From Octopus vulgaris (lineage: Eukaryota), in the NCBI GenBank assembly GCA_951406725.2, contig OX597824.1, positions 29,016,001 to 29,080,000 of the forward strand: 64,000 nucleotides of DNA, given 5' to 3'. Position 1 is the stretch's first letter, and each line of letters begins with the position of its first letter. This document shows positions 1 through 11,535 of this stretch, in pieces. The notes beneath the pieces were generated by a model. The model was not told where the DNA came from. It saw nothing but the letters and a program-made list of their open reading frames with translations, and searched no databases. The translations under genes and the position numbers were made by a program.

Positions 1-340
1 GAAATGCAAAGTCAGCTCCAGCGGCATTTGAACCCCGAACTTAAAGACGGAGAGAAGGCCGCCAGACATTGTGTCCGACGTGCTAACGATCCTGCCATCT
101 GAACGACTTATACGCCTATATAATTATTCTTTTCTATTCTGGGCACAAAGCCCAAAATTTTGGGGGAGGAGGCCAGTCGATTAAATCGACCCCAGTACGC
201 ATCTGGCACTTAATTTATCGACCCCGAAAGGATGAAATGCAAAGTCAGCCCCAGCGGCATTTGAACCCAGAACGTAAAGACTGACAGAAGGCCGCCAGAC
301 ACTGTTTTCCGGCGTGCTAACGATTCTGCTTATACGCCTT
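1..340 (-). mobile_element. Two tandem copies of tRNA-derived SINE family A (tail type 2)
   Basis: Reverse complement of the family-A body (tttcatcctttcggggtcgataaattaag). Both copies share private variants (aaatgcaaagtcagc, gaaggccgccagaca) at about 233 bp spacing, suggesting local duplication. Confidence 0.8.
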
Positions 341-751
341 TATAATTATTTATAATTATTAGCATAACGAAAGCTTTTTCTGGTTAGTCTTGATTTGTAA
401 AGAGAAGTTCTGAGAAGTTCTGAGAAGTTTTGATATTTGATATAATGAAGTATTGCGTTGTTCAGTTGGAATGCCATTTGTAATAATTGGTAGAATATCA
501 GCTGAATGGTTATTCTAAAATTAGGTGTGGATGCGAAGGCTTACTGTGAAATTGCTTAAAATATCTAATTTATAATATTATTTCATATATGGTCTTAATG
601 TAAAGAAACAGAGATGATATATGTTGATGTTAGGACCTCTGGGATTTTCCAACTAGCGGCAAGTTTGTGACCGCATTTTATAATAGACGAAAATTAGTGA
701 ATATACGCTTGTGTCGCTTGTTTATACTTGAGCTTTCGCGTATATCGGTCA

Positions 752-786
<35 letters not shown>

Positions 787-990
787 TACACACACACACA
801 CACACTCATACACCCTCCACACACATATGTATACATGTAAGTATGCATATGTATATTTGTGTGCATATGTGTGCGTATGTCTGTCTATAAATTAAGAATT
901 GAATATATATATATATATATATGTATGCGTTTATGTGTATCTATGCATGTGTGTGCACGCGCGCACGTGTGTGTGTCTGTGTGTGTCTGT

Positions 991-1029
<39 letters not shown>

Positions 1030-1030
1030 T

Positions 1031-1063
<33 letters not shown>

Positions 1064-1649
1064 ATATGTCTATTTTCCAACAACAAAATAGGGGCAAGCA
1101 AACGAAGAATTTCAAATGCACATACTTCTTGGATACCAACAGGAATTTATTTATTACTTTACCATATGGTAATGAACCAGAAATAAATAGAATTTGTTTA
1201 TCTGCTCGTCGAGGTTTAGTTCTCTGTTTCATTTAGTATTTTCTTTTAATGGAGACTGATCCACATGCAAAAGTATGGATCGTCTAACGGATGCAAAAAG
1301 TTCGAAATTTTCTAAGAACAGATTAGAATTAATATTGGTTTCGATGTTTGTTACAAGGCCAGCAATTCTGGGGGTAGGGGAAATCCGATTACATCGATCC
1401 AGGGCTCATCTACTATTTATTTTTCCCTATACACCGAATCGATGAAAGGCAAACACGTGCTCGACGGAATTTGAACACAGAACATGAAGTCAGACGAAAT
1501 GTTGCTAAGCTATTTGCCCACTGCATTACCAACTCTGCTTGGATTAGATTAATATTGAACTCTAACAAAGAGCCGTAAATTTTGGAGAAGGTAAGTTTCT
1601 ATTAGATCCATAGGTAGTTCTTTGATGTTAATATTTAATTATGATGTTA

Positions 1650-2375
1650 AGGCGGCAAGTTGGCAGAATCGTTAGCATGCTTAGCGGTATTTCGTCTGCC
1701 GCTACGTTCTGAGTTCAAATTCCGCCGAGATCGACTTTGCCTTTCATCCTTTCGGGGTCGATTAAATAAGTACCAGTTACGCATTGGGGTCTATATAATC
1801 GACTTAATCTGTTTGTCTGTCCTTGTTTGTCCCCTCTGTGTTTAGCCTTTTGTAGGTAGTAAAGAGATAAGTATTTCGTCGGTTGTTACGTTCTGAGTTT
1901 AAATTTCACTGAGGTCGACCTTTCGGTTTCGATTATATGAGTACTAGTTACGCACTGGGGTCGATGTAATCGACTTAATCCCTTTCCCAAAATGTCAGGC
2001 CTTGTAGGAAGGATTATTCCATTATGATTCTAAAGCCGCAAGTTGGCAGGTTTGTTGGCACGTAGCTCTGAAAATGTTTTGCGGTTTTTCATCAGTCTTT
2101 ACGTTCGTAGTTCAAATATCCCCGCGGTCAACTCTGTCTTTCATCCTTTTCGAGGTCGATAAAATAAATACCAGTTGAGAACTGATTTCGATGGAATCAA
2201 TTTCCTCCTCTGAAATGGCTGGATTCGTGTCAAAATTGAAACCGTTATTCATTTATGATGCTAAGGAGGTGACCTGGTATGGCGAACAAAATTCTTATCG
2301 GCATTTCATCCATTTTTACGTCCTTATGACGCATTCCATCGAAGTTGACTTTGTCTTTCATCCTTTCGAGGTTGA
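1650..2375 (+). mobile_element. SINE-A cluster: tail-1 copy running into a tail-2 copy, plus degenerate copies
   Basis: Head ggcggcaagttggcagaatcgttagc (A-box-like), B-box-like gagttcaaattcc, core cctttcatcctttcggggtcgat, then tail 1 (tttagccttttgtaggtagtaaaga) and tail 2 (tcaggccttgt). Confidence 0.85.
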
Positions 2376-2651
2376 TTATTTAATTATGAATTTATTCGAT
2401 GCTTCCCGATTTCTCAATCAGTTAATGCTGATTTTTAATGAAAATTGAACGTTCAAAACATACAGAAAGGGACGCGAGCGTCATTATTTTAGTGTAATAA
2501 ACATTCTCAACCATATATACTTAACCCACAGTCGTTGCATATTTGTCGGTTGGCCGTTAAGGGTGTGGAAGAAGATACTCTCTCAAAACGTCGGGTGTTA
2601 AAATACCTGAAAGTCATGGACAAGAGATAACTTCACTCTAATACCATCCTG

Positions 2652-2701
2652 GAGTTATGGACATCGATGTTTCGCCATTTTTGTGGCTTGTCAATAACTC
2701 G
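2652..2701 (-). ncRNA. Degenerate type I hammerhead ribozyme (Penelope-like relic)
   Basis: Minus strand reads gagttat-tgacaa-GCCA-caaaaa-TGGC-GAAAC-ATCGAT-GTC-cataactc. Stems I, II and a palindromic stem III are present; the CUGANGA core is damaged. Confidence 0.55.
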
Positions 2702-3200
2702 TACAAAAACAGGATTGGAGATGAATCATATGCGCTAGGTGTTCATAGTACAATTGGATGCTACGTTTTCTATTAATTTTAACCTGTTAATTTTAACCGG
2801 TACTACTTCTAAGTACTGTAATAATCGCATCATTTTACTGGAAGTAGATGGGATGAAGGTAATCTACGTTGAGCTCTAAACTGATAGGTAGCAACCATAT
2901 GTTTTACTCTACACACAAGAAATACACATACACTCACACACACGGACAGATACACACACACACGTACATACAGAGTGAGACACACATATATAGAAAGAAG
3001 AGAATGTTTTATACACACATACACACACACACACACACATATATATCACGTAATCACGCGACCGACCACGCTATCAGATGTGCTACACATCGCTGGTCAC
3101 AATGCGCTTCACATTGTTTTAGCCTTCAAATGACGCCACCCCACGGAGGGGAGAGAGATGTATGAATAGATGGATGGATGGATGATGAATGGATGAATGA

Positions 3201-3267
<67 letters not shown>

Positions 3268-3666
3268 GATAGATAGATAGATAGATGCTATAATTATATA
3301 AAGGTTTTAAACTCCAGTCTGTTGTTCAACGGATACCGTTGTAGCCTTTAATACTACTTTCATGTATATATATTTACACATACAACGAAGACGTCGTATT
3401 AAATATCTAGAAAACGTGGTTATATACAACCTTACGATGTAACATTTTAACGATCTTTCAGATCAAGCACTCTTTCTGATAAGACTGTTCTTAAAGATAA
3501 CATTTTTTCCTTTTGATAAATGTCTTTCTTGTAAAGTTTGTGCGAACTAATCATTACCACACCTTAATTTACATCAAAATTTGATGTGCTAGCCTTGGCA
3601 GTCAAATTCCGTCTCTAAAATACAGAACGTATTAGTATTCGTTTCAAATTTTGGCATAAGATCACA

Positions 3667-3792
3667 GTAATAGTAGTGGTGGTGGTGATGGTGATGGTGG
3701 TGGTGGTGGTGGTGGTGGTGGTGGTGGTGGTGGTGGTGGTGGTGGTGGTGGTGGTGGTGGTGGTGGTGGTGGTGGTGGTTGTGGTTGTGGTT

Positions 3793-3887
<95 letters not shown>

Positions 3888-3938
3888 CGTCGTAGCAGCA
3901 GCAGTAGTAGTAGTACTGTAGTAGTAGTAGTAGTAGTA

Positions 3939-3976
<38 letters not shown>

Positions 3977-3985
3977 TATAATTAT
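3667..3985. repeat. Compound trinucleotide microsatellite (GGT)n/(GTA)n/(AAT)n
   Basis: Direct inspection. Confidence 0.97.
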
Positions 3986-4470
3986 ACTTGCTAAATATTG
4001 ACACGCGGGTACAGATGCAGAGGGATCACTGGATTATTAAACTGAACATCCTTCTGGTATTTGACTTTGGTGTCGTAGGGAAGATAAAATAGATGATTTG
4101 TGAGAGATGTGAATTCAAAACATAACTAACAAATACATATGTTCAGAGAGAGAGAGAGATTGGCACTAATCGAGGCCTTTTCCTCACTGTAGAAAGCTTC
4201 AAATACAGGCGTCACTTGATTTCTAATATCTCTATTATGTGTTACACTTTCTACTTAGTCGTAGTCGAAAAAGGCAAAGCAACCAGTAAAAAATTTCATG
4301 AAAGAACGAAGAGTGAAGTCTCTCTCTATACACCTGCTGCAAGAGGCGCCCATCGTTACCACATGTGTGCCAAAGACGGAGTTCCCTTGCAGGAATGAAA
4401 AGCCATATGCGTTCAGATTATGTTTAAGGGAACAATCAAGTGACGGCATTTGTTCGAAATCTAGTTGCAG

Positions 4471-4521
<51 letters not shown>

Positions 4522-6037
4522 ACTGTACATTAACTATGTGATACTAATAGTACTTACATAATTGAGCTATTCTAGTACAAATTTTGAAATTTGCTAATAC
4601 ATAACAAAAAAAAAGAGATTTTTTCTCGATTTTTTTTTTTACATAATTCTAGCTGGATATTTGAATTCCTTTTGAATTTTGTTATTTTGTTCTACATGTG
4701 CAACGCTAATGCAAATCGGGAAATAGATATTTACATTATTTGTCTATATACTTCTAGCTACCTCTTTTTGGAATTCGTTTTGGAAGTGGGATCAGGACAC
4801 ACACCGATGATAAGGAAAAACTGTGAAATATAGACATATATGTCGATCTCGTCCACTTCCTGCTCGATTTCGTTTTGCCAATTTTTGAAGTATACTCTGC
4901 TTTTTTTGTTAGCCCTGTAGTCTTTGAAGGGACCTCCCTCAGACGGCATAACACAGCTACTTGCGTTTAACAGCATATATACGTTTAGTGTATGACACTG
5001 ATTATATATGCGTGGTGGGGGGTAATGGCAGCACACCAACATGCCCACAGCCTCTCAATGAAATCAATAGCAGAACATACTCTGGCGCCAAGTCTTTCTT
5101 ATGCAAGCGAGTATATTATTCATGATGGCATTCGCTGTATGTTTCTACTTTTGTTATTCACAATTATGCTGATCTTTTCGCAAGACCGAACCGCGATAAG
5201 TAGAACATCGTAGATTTCACGACAAACAAGCATGCAAAATTTATATTTGCTTTAACTGTTTGGTACACTCAAATAAACTCTTTCAATTTTCATGAGTATT
5301 ACGTTAGCGTTATTGTTTTAGAATAAAATTTTGAAGCTCTAAATAAAAAGAAAAGAAATACGCGTAGATAAACATATGTTCAATGGTTCAAAGGCTTACA
5401 ATGTAATGAACTCGCCTTTGTTCCACAATAAGACTATAGAGTTTATTTCTACAAATTCAGCTACTTTCCGTATCTATTTCATCGTCAGACCAATGTATTG
5501 TTTTTATTTTCTTTTGTGTTACTTCTACATTGAAGAAACACGTTTAGGCAGCTGCAGGAACTAACTAGTGGATATATTACATCATTATTTCGCTATTTGT
5601 TGTTTCATTTTTTCATGCACAAAATTCTTTGAGCTGGGTAAGAATGACAGATGAAAGAAAAAGAAAAACAGACGAGAGAAAAAAACTTCGTAATTCCAAA
5701 CGATTAGAGCGATGGCTGATCGTGAAGTATCTCGTACGAGGGAGTTCGCACGTGTTGTTGTTTTCGAATAGCCAAGCACTGAAGGCAGTCTAGCCGTGGC
5801 CATCTCTTCTATTACGTGGGACAGTATAAAAACAATTTATCCTATATGTACTGATGTATAGCGGCAGATATATTAATGCCAAAACGTAATCGTGATCTCT
5901 AGCTTAACAACACTGATTGTTAAGTAGTGGACAACACAAGCAAAATACAAACACACACACACACTCACTCACACACACATATGTATACATATATAAATAT
6001 ATGTATATATGTATATTTATATTTATATATACGTGTG

Positions 6038-6093
<56 letters not shown>

Positions 6094-6223
6094 TTAATTA
6101 ATAAGGGTGAGTATATATGGCCTAGTGCTACGAGAAACCTGGATTATTATAATATTTTATAACATATTATAATATTTTCACAAAATAAATATAAGAGAGT
6201 ATATATTGATCACTCTAGCACCA

Positions 6224-6257
<34 letters not shown>

Positions 6258-6541
6258 GTAATATTACTTACAATAATCCATTTGTAGCTCGTCAGCCAAG
6301 ACTATCTGGATGAAATCCACTCAATCACACGCTAGATTTTACCATAACGATAAATACGATAAATAATTATAATTATGCTGCATTTATTTCTAAATGCTGT
6401 ATTTGTTTTCCGTGAGAGTTTGGCGCGCTGTTGGTTGGGGCATTTGAATTATAACGTCGGATGTAATCAATTGAACCACACGCGTATTTATCGTTATGGT
6501 AAAATCTGGCGTGTGATTGAGTGGATTTCATCCAGATAGTC

Positions 6542-6617
6542 TTGGCTGACGAGCTACAAATGGATTATTGTAAGTAATATTACATTTAATTCATTAATAG
6601 CGAAACAATTGTCCCAA
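6542..6617 (+). ncRNA. Type I hammerhead ribozyme, copy 1
   Basis: TTGG (stem I) - CTGACGA 6546-6552 - GCTA...TAGC long stem II - GAAA 6602-6605 - C-AATT-G palindromic stem III - TC (cleavage predicted after 6613) - CCAA (stem I'). Confidence 0.85.
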
Positions 6618-7074
6618 AATAATCTGTATTTTTGTTATTTTTTATTTGCCCTGTCCGTGTGAGCTAACAGTCGTACTGGCTTTCATGGGAAACATGTATT
6701 TTCGTGGTTGAAACCTTTTGGATTAACTGGTGCTAGAGTGATCAATATAGTGACCACTCTCTTATATTTATTTTGTGAAAATATTATAATATGTTATAAA
6801 ATATTATAATAATCCAGGTTTCTCGTAGCACTAGGCCACTTGGTGTGGAATAAATATACTATTAAATTAGTATCTAATTCTCTCACCCTTATTAATTAAT
6901 TATAATTATGCTGCATTTATTTCTAAATGCTGTATTTGTTTTCCGTGAGAGTTTGACGCGCTGTTGGTTGGGGCATTTGAATTATAACGTCGGATGTAAT
7001 CAATTGAACCACACGCGTATTTATCGTTATGGTAAAATCTGGCGTGTGATTGAGTGGATTTCATCCAGATAGTC

Positions 7075-7150
7075 TTGGCTGACGAGCTACAAATGGATTA
7101 TTGTAAGTAATATTACATTTAATTCATTAATAGCGAAACAATTGTCCCAA
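7075..7150 (+). ncRNA. Type I hammerhead ribozyme, copy 2
   Basis: Identical to copy 1, 533 bp downstream: CTGACGA 7079-7085, GAAA 7135-7138, GTC 7144-7146. Confidence 0.85.
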
Positions 7151-7202
7151 AATAATCTGTATTTTTGTTATTTTTTATTTGCCCTGTCCGTGTGAGCTAA
7201 CA

Positions 7203-7302
7203 NNNNNNNNNNNNNNNNNNNNNNNNNNNNNNNNNNNNNNNNNNNNNNNNNNNNNNNNNNNNNNNNNNNNNNNNNNNNNNNNNNNNNNNNNNNNNNNNNN
7301 NN
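7203..7302. other. Assembly gap (100 N)
   Basis: Run of N interrupting the tandem repeat. Confidence 1.
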
Positions 7303-8133
7303 AAACAATTTTCGCCAGAGATCACAACTCTGTATTCTGCACAACCACATAAACTCTCAGAGATACGAACCAGTGATGAACCGATGAATACACAACGCTA
7401 TTGATTTTCTTATATGAGACACGCCGAAATACTTTCTCCTTGTAGTGTGTGGCTCCATTCTTGCGCATAGAAAATCTCAACATTGTGGGTCCAACGTTTG
7501 ATGCAGAAATTGGTACTTTGGCACCTCTGGGATGAAAGTGTATGCCCATCATAACTCATTGTATACTGAGGTTCCTTGTAGAACCGATTCTTAAATATAC
7601 CCATCAGTATTCCACAAATCTGACATTATACAGCATACAGAAACACCTATCATGCATCTACAACTACACGTTACTAAAGTTTCCGTTCCAACGGCACCGC
7701 TAGCCTTACAATGTTTGAGGATGATGGAAAACTTACACTATCCTCAGTATAAAAGATTGATGTACGGCTGTCCTATTTCTGAGTACATCCAGAAGTCCCC
7801 ACCATTATCTTCTGACATGATAACGCAAAGTGCTTAGGAAGCAAATATGGGTGACAAATTTTCAGATGCACAGTGCAACGAATAGTCCAAAGGAAAAAAA
7901 GACAACATCCAAAAGAACGCATTCAAAAACAGGCGGAGGAATATCCACAATTTTCCTTGGAAATATCAAGACTGAAATGTAAACAATTCTTCCGGGTTCC
8001 ATAGACTTCCATCTTGTGACATCAAACGAGTATTTGATTAAACTTCTGAACAAACTGCGGGAAGAAACATAATCGAGAAGCTGGTTTGTGAATAAATGGA
8101 AGCAGACTACAGTGTGTACACAAAAGATCGACG

Positions 8134-8291
8134 GGCACAGGAGTGGTTGTGTGGTAAGTAGCTTGCTAACCAGTCACATGGTTCCGGGTTCAGTCCTACT
8201 GCGTGGCACATTGGGCGAGTGTCTTCTCCTATAGCCTCGGGCCGACCAAAGCCTTGTGAGTGGATTTGGTAGATGGAAACTACAAGACACC

Positions 8292-8348
<57 letters not shown>

Positions 8349-8769
8349 CGCAGGAGTGGTTGTGTGGTAAGTAGCTTGCTAACCAACCACATGGTTCCGG
8401 GTTCAGTCCCACTGCGTGACACCTTGGGCAAGTGTCTTCTGCTATAGCCCCGGGCCGACCAAAGCCTTCTGAGTGGATTTGGTAGACGGAAACTGAAAGA
8501 AGCCCGTCGTATATATGTATATATATATGTGTGTGTGTTTGTGTGTCTGTGTTTGTCCCACCAACATCGCTTGACAACCGATGCTGGTGTGTTTACGTCC
8601 CCGTAACTTAGCGGTTCGGCAATAGAGACCGATAGAATAAGTACTAGGCTTACAAAGAATAAGTCCCGGGGTCGATTTGCTCGACTAAAGGCGGTGCTCC
8701 AGCATGGCCACAGTCAAATGACTGAAACAAGTAAAAGAGTAAAAGAGTATATATATATATATATATATA

Positions 8770-8818
<49 letters not shown>

Positions 8819-9030
8819 ATGTGTGTGTGTTTGTGTCTGTATTTGTCTCCCCAGCATCGCTTGACAACCGATGCTGGTGTGTTTATGTCCCCGTAACTTA
8901 GCGGTTCGGCAAAAGGTACCAAAAGAATATGTACTAGGCTTGCAAAGAATAAGTCCTGGGGTCGATTTGCTCGACTAAAGGTGGTGCTCCGGCATGGCCG
9001 CAGTCAAATGACTGAAACAAGTAAAAGAAA
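8134..9030 (+). mobile_element. SINE family B (tRNA-like head, CORE-like ccttgggcaagt, internal microsatellite): full copy 8347-8748 nested in another copy
   Basis: 5' half at 8134-8295, then (TA)n, a complete copy, (TA)n(TG)n, and a 3' half at about 8812-9030 ending gactgaaacaagtaaaaga. Confidence 0.88.
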
Positions 9031-9304
9031 GTTTAATAAACAGAATACTAGTAACGGCGTACTGGCACATATATATGAGCTCTCAGAAGAACGGGGTCAA
9101 TTGCTGTCTACATTGGCATTCGGACTTTTTAGAGGTTCGTTGAGAACGGAACAATTTGAATGGTACGTATGTCAGACAGGGTCACCGAGTACCTTAACAC
9201 TACCAAGCTGATGGCTTCTCACACGTGTGAGTGTTTTATTCTAAATATTTTACACATTTGTTTATCTTTTCTTTGGCTTGTTTCAGTCATTAATCCTGAA
9301 ATAT

Positions 9305-9534
9305 ATTTCTTTACTACCCACAAGGGGCTAAACACAGAGAGGACAAACAAGGACAGACAAAGGGATTAAGTCGATTACATTGACCCCAGTGCGTAACTGG
9401 TACTTAATTTATCGACCCCGAAAGGATGAAAGGCAAAGTCGACCTCGGCGGAATTTGAACTCAGAACGTAACGGCAGACGAAATACGGCTAGGCATTTCG
9501 CCCGGTGTGCTAACGTTTCTGCCAGCTCGGCGCC
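9305..9534 (-). mobile_element. SINE-A full copy (tail type 1)
   Basis: Reverse complement of ggcgccgagctggcagaaacgttagc...tttagccccttgtgggtagtaaagaaat. Confidence 0.9.
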
Positions 9535-9721
9535 TTAGTTTAGTCGAACAACTCGACCCCAGTACATTCTCTTTAGGCCTGGTACTTACGTTATTGGGTT
9601 TCTTTTGCCGAAATGCCACGTTACAGTGACGCCAACGCACCAACACCGATTGGCAAACGGTGATAGCAGACAAATACACGGAAAGACACTCACACACTCA
9701 TATGTGTGTGTGTGTATAGAT

Positions 9722-9784
<63 letters not shown>

Positions 9785-10931
9785 TGTTTCTTTATTAGCC
9801 ACACAGGGCTGCACACAGATAGAACAAATTACAAGGTAGAGCTTTTCTTTTGGGGTAAAAAAAGGGGGGTTGGTTTTCGATCAAAAGGGATCGTAAAAGG
9901 AGAGAAAGAGGACAAAAAAGGGGGGGTTAAAAAAAAGGGGGAGAGGAAAAAAATTTGATCAATAGGGATCGTTATCACAGAAATGTCAATATGAAGTGTA
10001 AAGGGGAGGACAGGTGAGGTTTACCCGTGGAAAGAAAAGCCTACGGAAAAGACCACGGTAACCTCGGTCAATGAAGTCACATGTTATATTTCTTTTTTTT
10101 TTTTTTGCAAATAAGCAACTCTCTGTATTAATTTTTACGGTTCATAGAATCATAGTCAAGGTGGCTTCGTCATTCATACGTGCCATCCTTGCTACATTCA
10201 CCCATCTTTTTTTAAAACATTCACTAGACAAAACTTGCCTCTCTACTCTCACTTTTCTCTTCAAGTGATACTTGAAGAAGTTGATGAGAGATTGACCAGA
10301 GAGGAAAGTGTTTGTCTCTAATCCTTTCAGGCGCGTCCACCAGATACATTCTTTCGCCATAGCCACAAGTATGATAAAAATAGCTCTTCCTTCCCGTTTG
10401 AAGGAAGGAGGCGTGACGATATTAACGATAGACTCGGCTGATAAACCGACACGTCCCACACGTGACTGCAGTCGTTCGACATAAGCCCACAGGTCGGAAA
10501 TTGCTGGACACTGCACGATTGCGTGCAGAGCGGTTTCGTCGCTCTGCCCGCATCTCGGGCAGGTCGGCCCCGTGTTTCTCGAGCCATGCCTATAGAGCTT
10601 ATCCCGAACGGGTAGCGCTTCTCGGTAGCACCGCCAGGCCAGGGATCTCTGGAAGTTGTCCATAGATCCCGGGCCGAAAGTCGTTTGAAACAGGCGGGTC
10701 AGGTATTCCTCGTCGACGCCCAGGTTTGCCCCGAGATCGTCGTCGTACCTCCCCTCCACTAATCCCCTATAGAATGCTTTGGTTGTGTTGAAGTCACTCA
10801 AGGTCGACTCGGGACGGTAGAGTTGCTTGAGAGCAACGCGACACTCGCGGTGCCATTCGCCCTTCCTCGGCCTCTTTTTGATCCACGACTGCAGTTCGGT
10901 CATGGAGACGAGTTGCGGGAATGCGTGCCAT
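9785..10931 (-). mobile_element. 5'-truncated Tx1/L1-clade LINE (ORF2 C-terminus plus 3' UTR), inserted in (GATA)n inside an older SINE-B
   Basis: ORF 10142-10903 carries a zf-RVT-type motif; 3' UTR ends aataaagaaacat; (GATA)n on both flanks; SINE-B halves at about 9545-9700 and 11017-11180. Confidence 0.85.
10142..10930 (-). CDS. Tx1/L1-type ORF2 C-terminal fragment (zinc-binding region downstream of RT), 5'-truncated
   Basis: LAWRCYREALPVRDKL...TCPRCGQSDETALHAIVQC matches the CxxC...HxxxxC motif of L1/Tx1 ORF2 C-termini. The frame is uninterrupted up to the truncation point. Confidence 0.8.
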   Translation of the reverse strand, partial: WHAFPQLVSMTELQSWIKKRPRKGEWHRECRVALKQLYRPESTLSDFNTTKAFYRGLVEGRYDDDLGANLGVDEEYLTRLFQTTFGPGSMDNFQRSLAWRCYREALPVRDKLYRHGSRNTGPTCPRCGQSDETALHAIVQCPAISDLWAYVERLQSRVGRVGLSAESIVNIVTPPSFKREGRAIFIILVAMAKECIWWTRLKGLETNTFLSGQSLINFFKYHLKRKVRVERQVLSSECFKKRWVNVARMARMNDEATLTMIL

Positions 10932-10932
10932 G

Positions 10933-10996
<64 letters not shown>

Positions 10997-11354
10997 TATA
11001 TGGGTGTGTGTGTGTGTACGACGAGCTTCTTTCAGTTAGCCGTCTACTAAGTCCACTTTGAAGGATTTGGTGGGCCCGAGGCTACAATAAAAGAAACTTG
11101 CCTAAGGTGCTATGCAGTGGGACTACACACAGAACCATGTGATTGTGAAGCAAACTTATTACCATCCAGCCATACCAGTGTATCTTATATTAATTATATT
11201 ACTTTTAAATATAGAACGTCTCTATACAATTCTCAATTTAGGTTTTCTACTGTGCAGCTACAGGTAAAATACAGGTAAAAACGGTGAAGTTACCTTCTAG
11301 AGTGATACCTTCTCTTAAGGACAGTTTTCCCCTTTTCCATGTCGTATAAATTCC

Positions 11355-11535
11355 CTACATGAGTGGGACGGGGTCCGTCGTGGGATTACTCATTTTTGCC
11401 AGCTGAGTGTGGACTGGGGCAACTTGAAATGAAGTGTTTTGCTCGAGAATACAACGCGTCGCCCGTTCCAAGAATCGAAACCACATTCTTACAATCATGA
11501 ATCTAACACCCAAACCACAAAGCCACGCGACTCCA
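11355..11535 (-). mobile_element. tRNA-derived SINE family C (V-domain-like ttgagcaagacact), degenerate
   Basis: Homologous to 32963-33290 and 35250-35553. Confidence 0.65.

Larger units (their letters stand above)
6094..7202 (+). mobile_element. Penelope-like pseudo-LTR / retrozyme-like tandem repeat (533-bp unit) with inverted 5' fragments
   Basis: The start of the unit at about 6364 recurs almost identically from 6897 until the gap. 6094-6358 consists of reverse-complement pieces of the unit separated by TA runs. Each direct unit carries a hammerhead motif. Confidence 0.75.

Noticed and set aside
4758-5048. 96-aa ORF with natural-looking composition
   Set aside because: No recognisable domain or convincing splice context, so it cannot be supported as a CDS.
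8347-8420. tRNA-like sequences with A/B boxes (also at 16607, 16476 and 32963)
   Set aside because: No complete cloverleaf, and each continues into a multi-copy SINE body, so these are SINE heads rather than tRNA genes.
8107-8922. Recurring peptides such as EDTCPRCHAVGLNPEPC
   Set aside because: Antisense translations of SINE-B; the apparent Cys motif is incidental.
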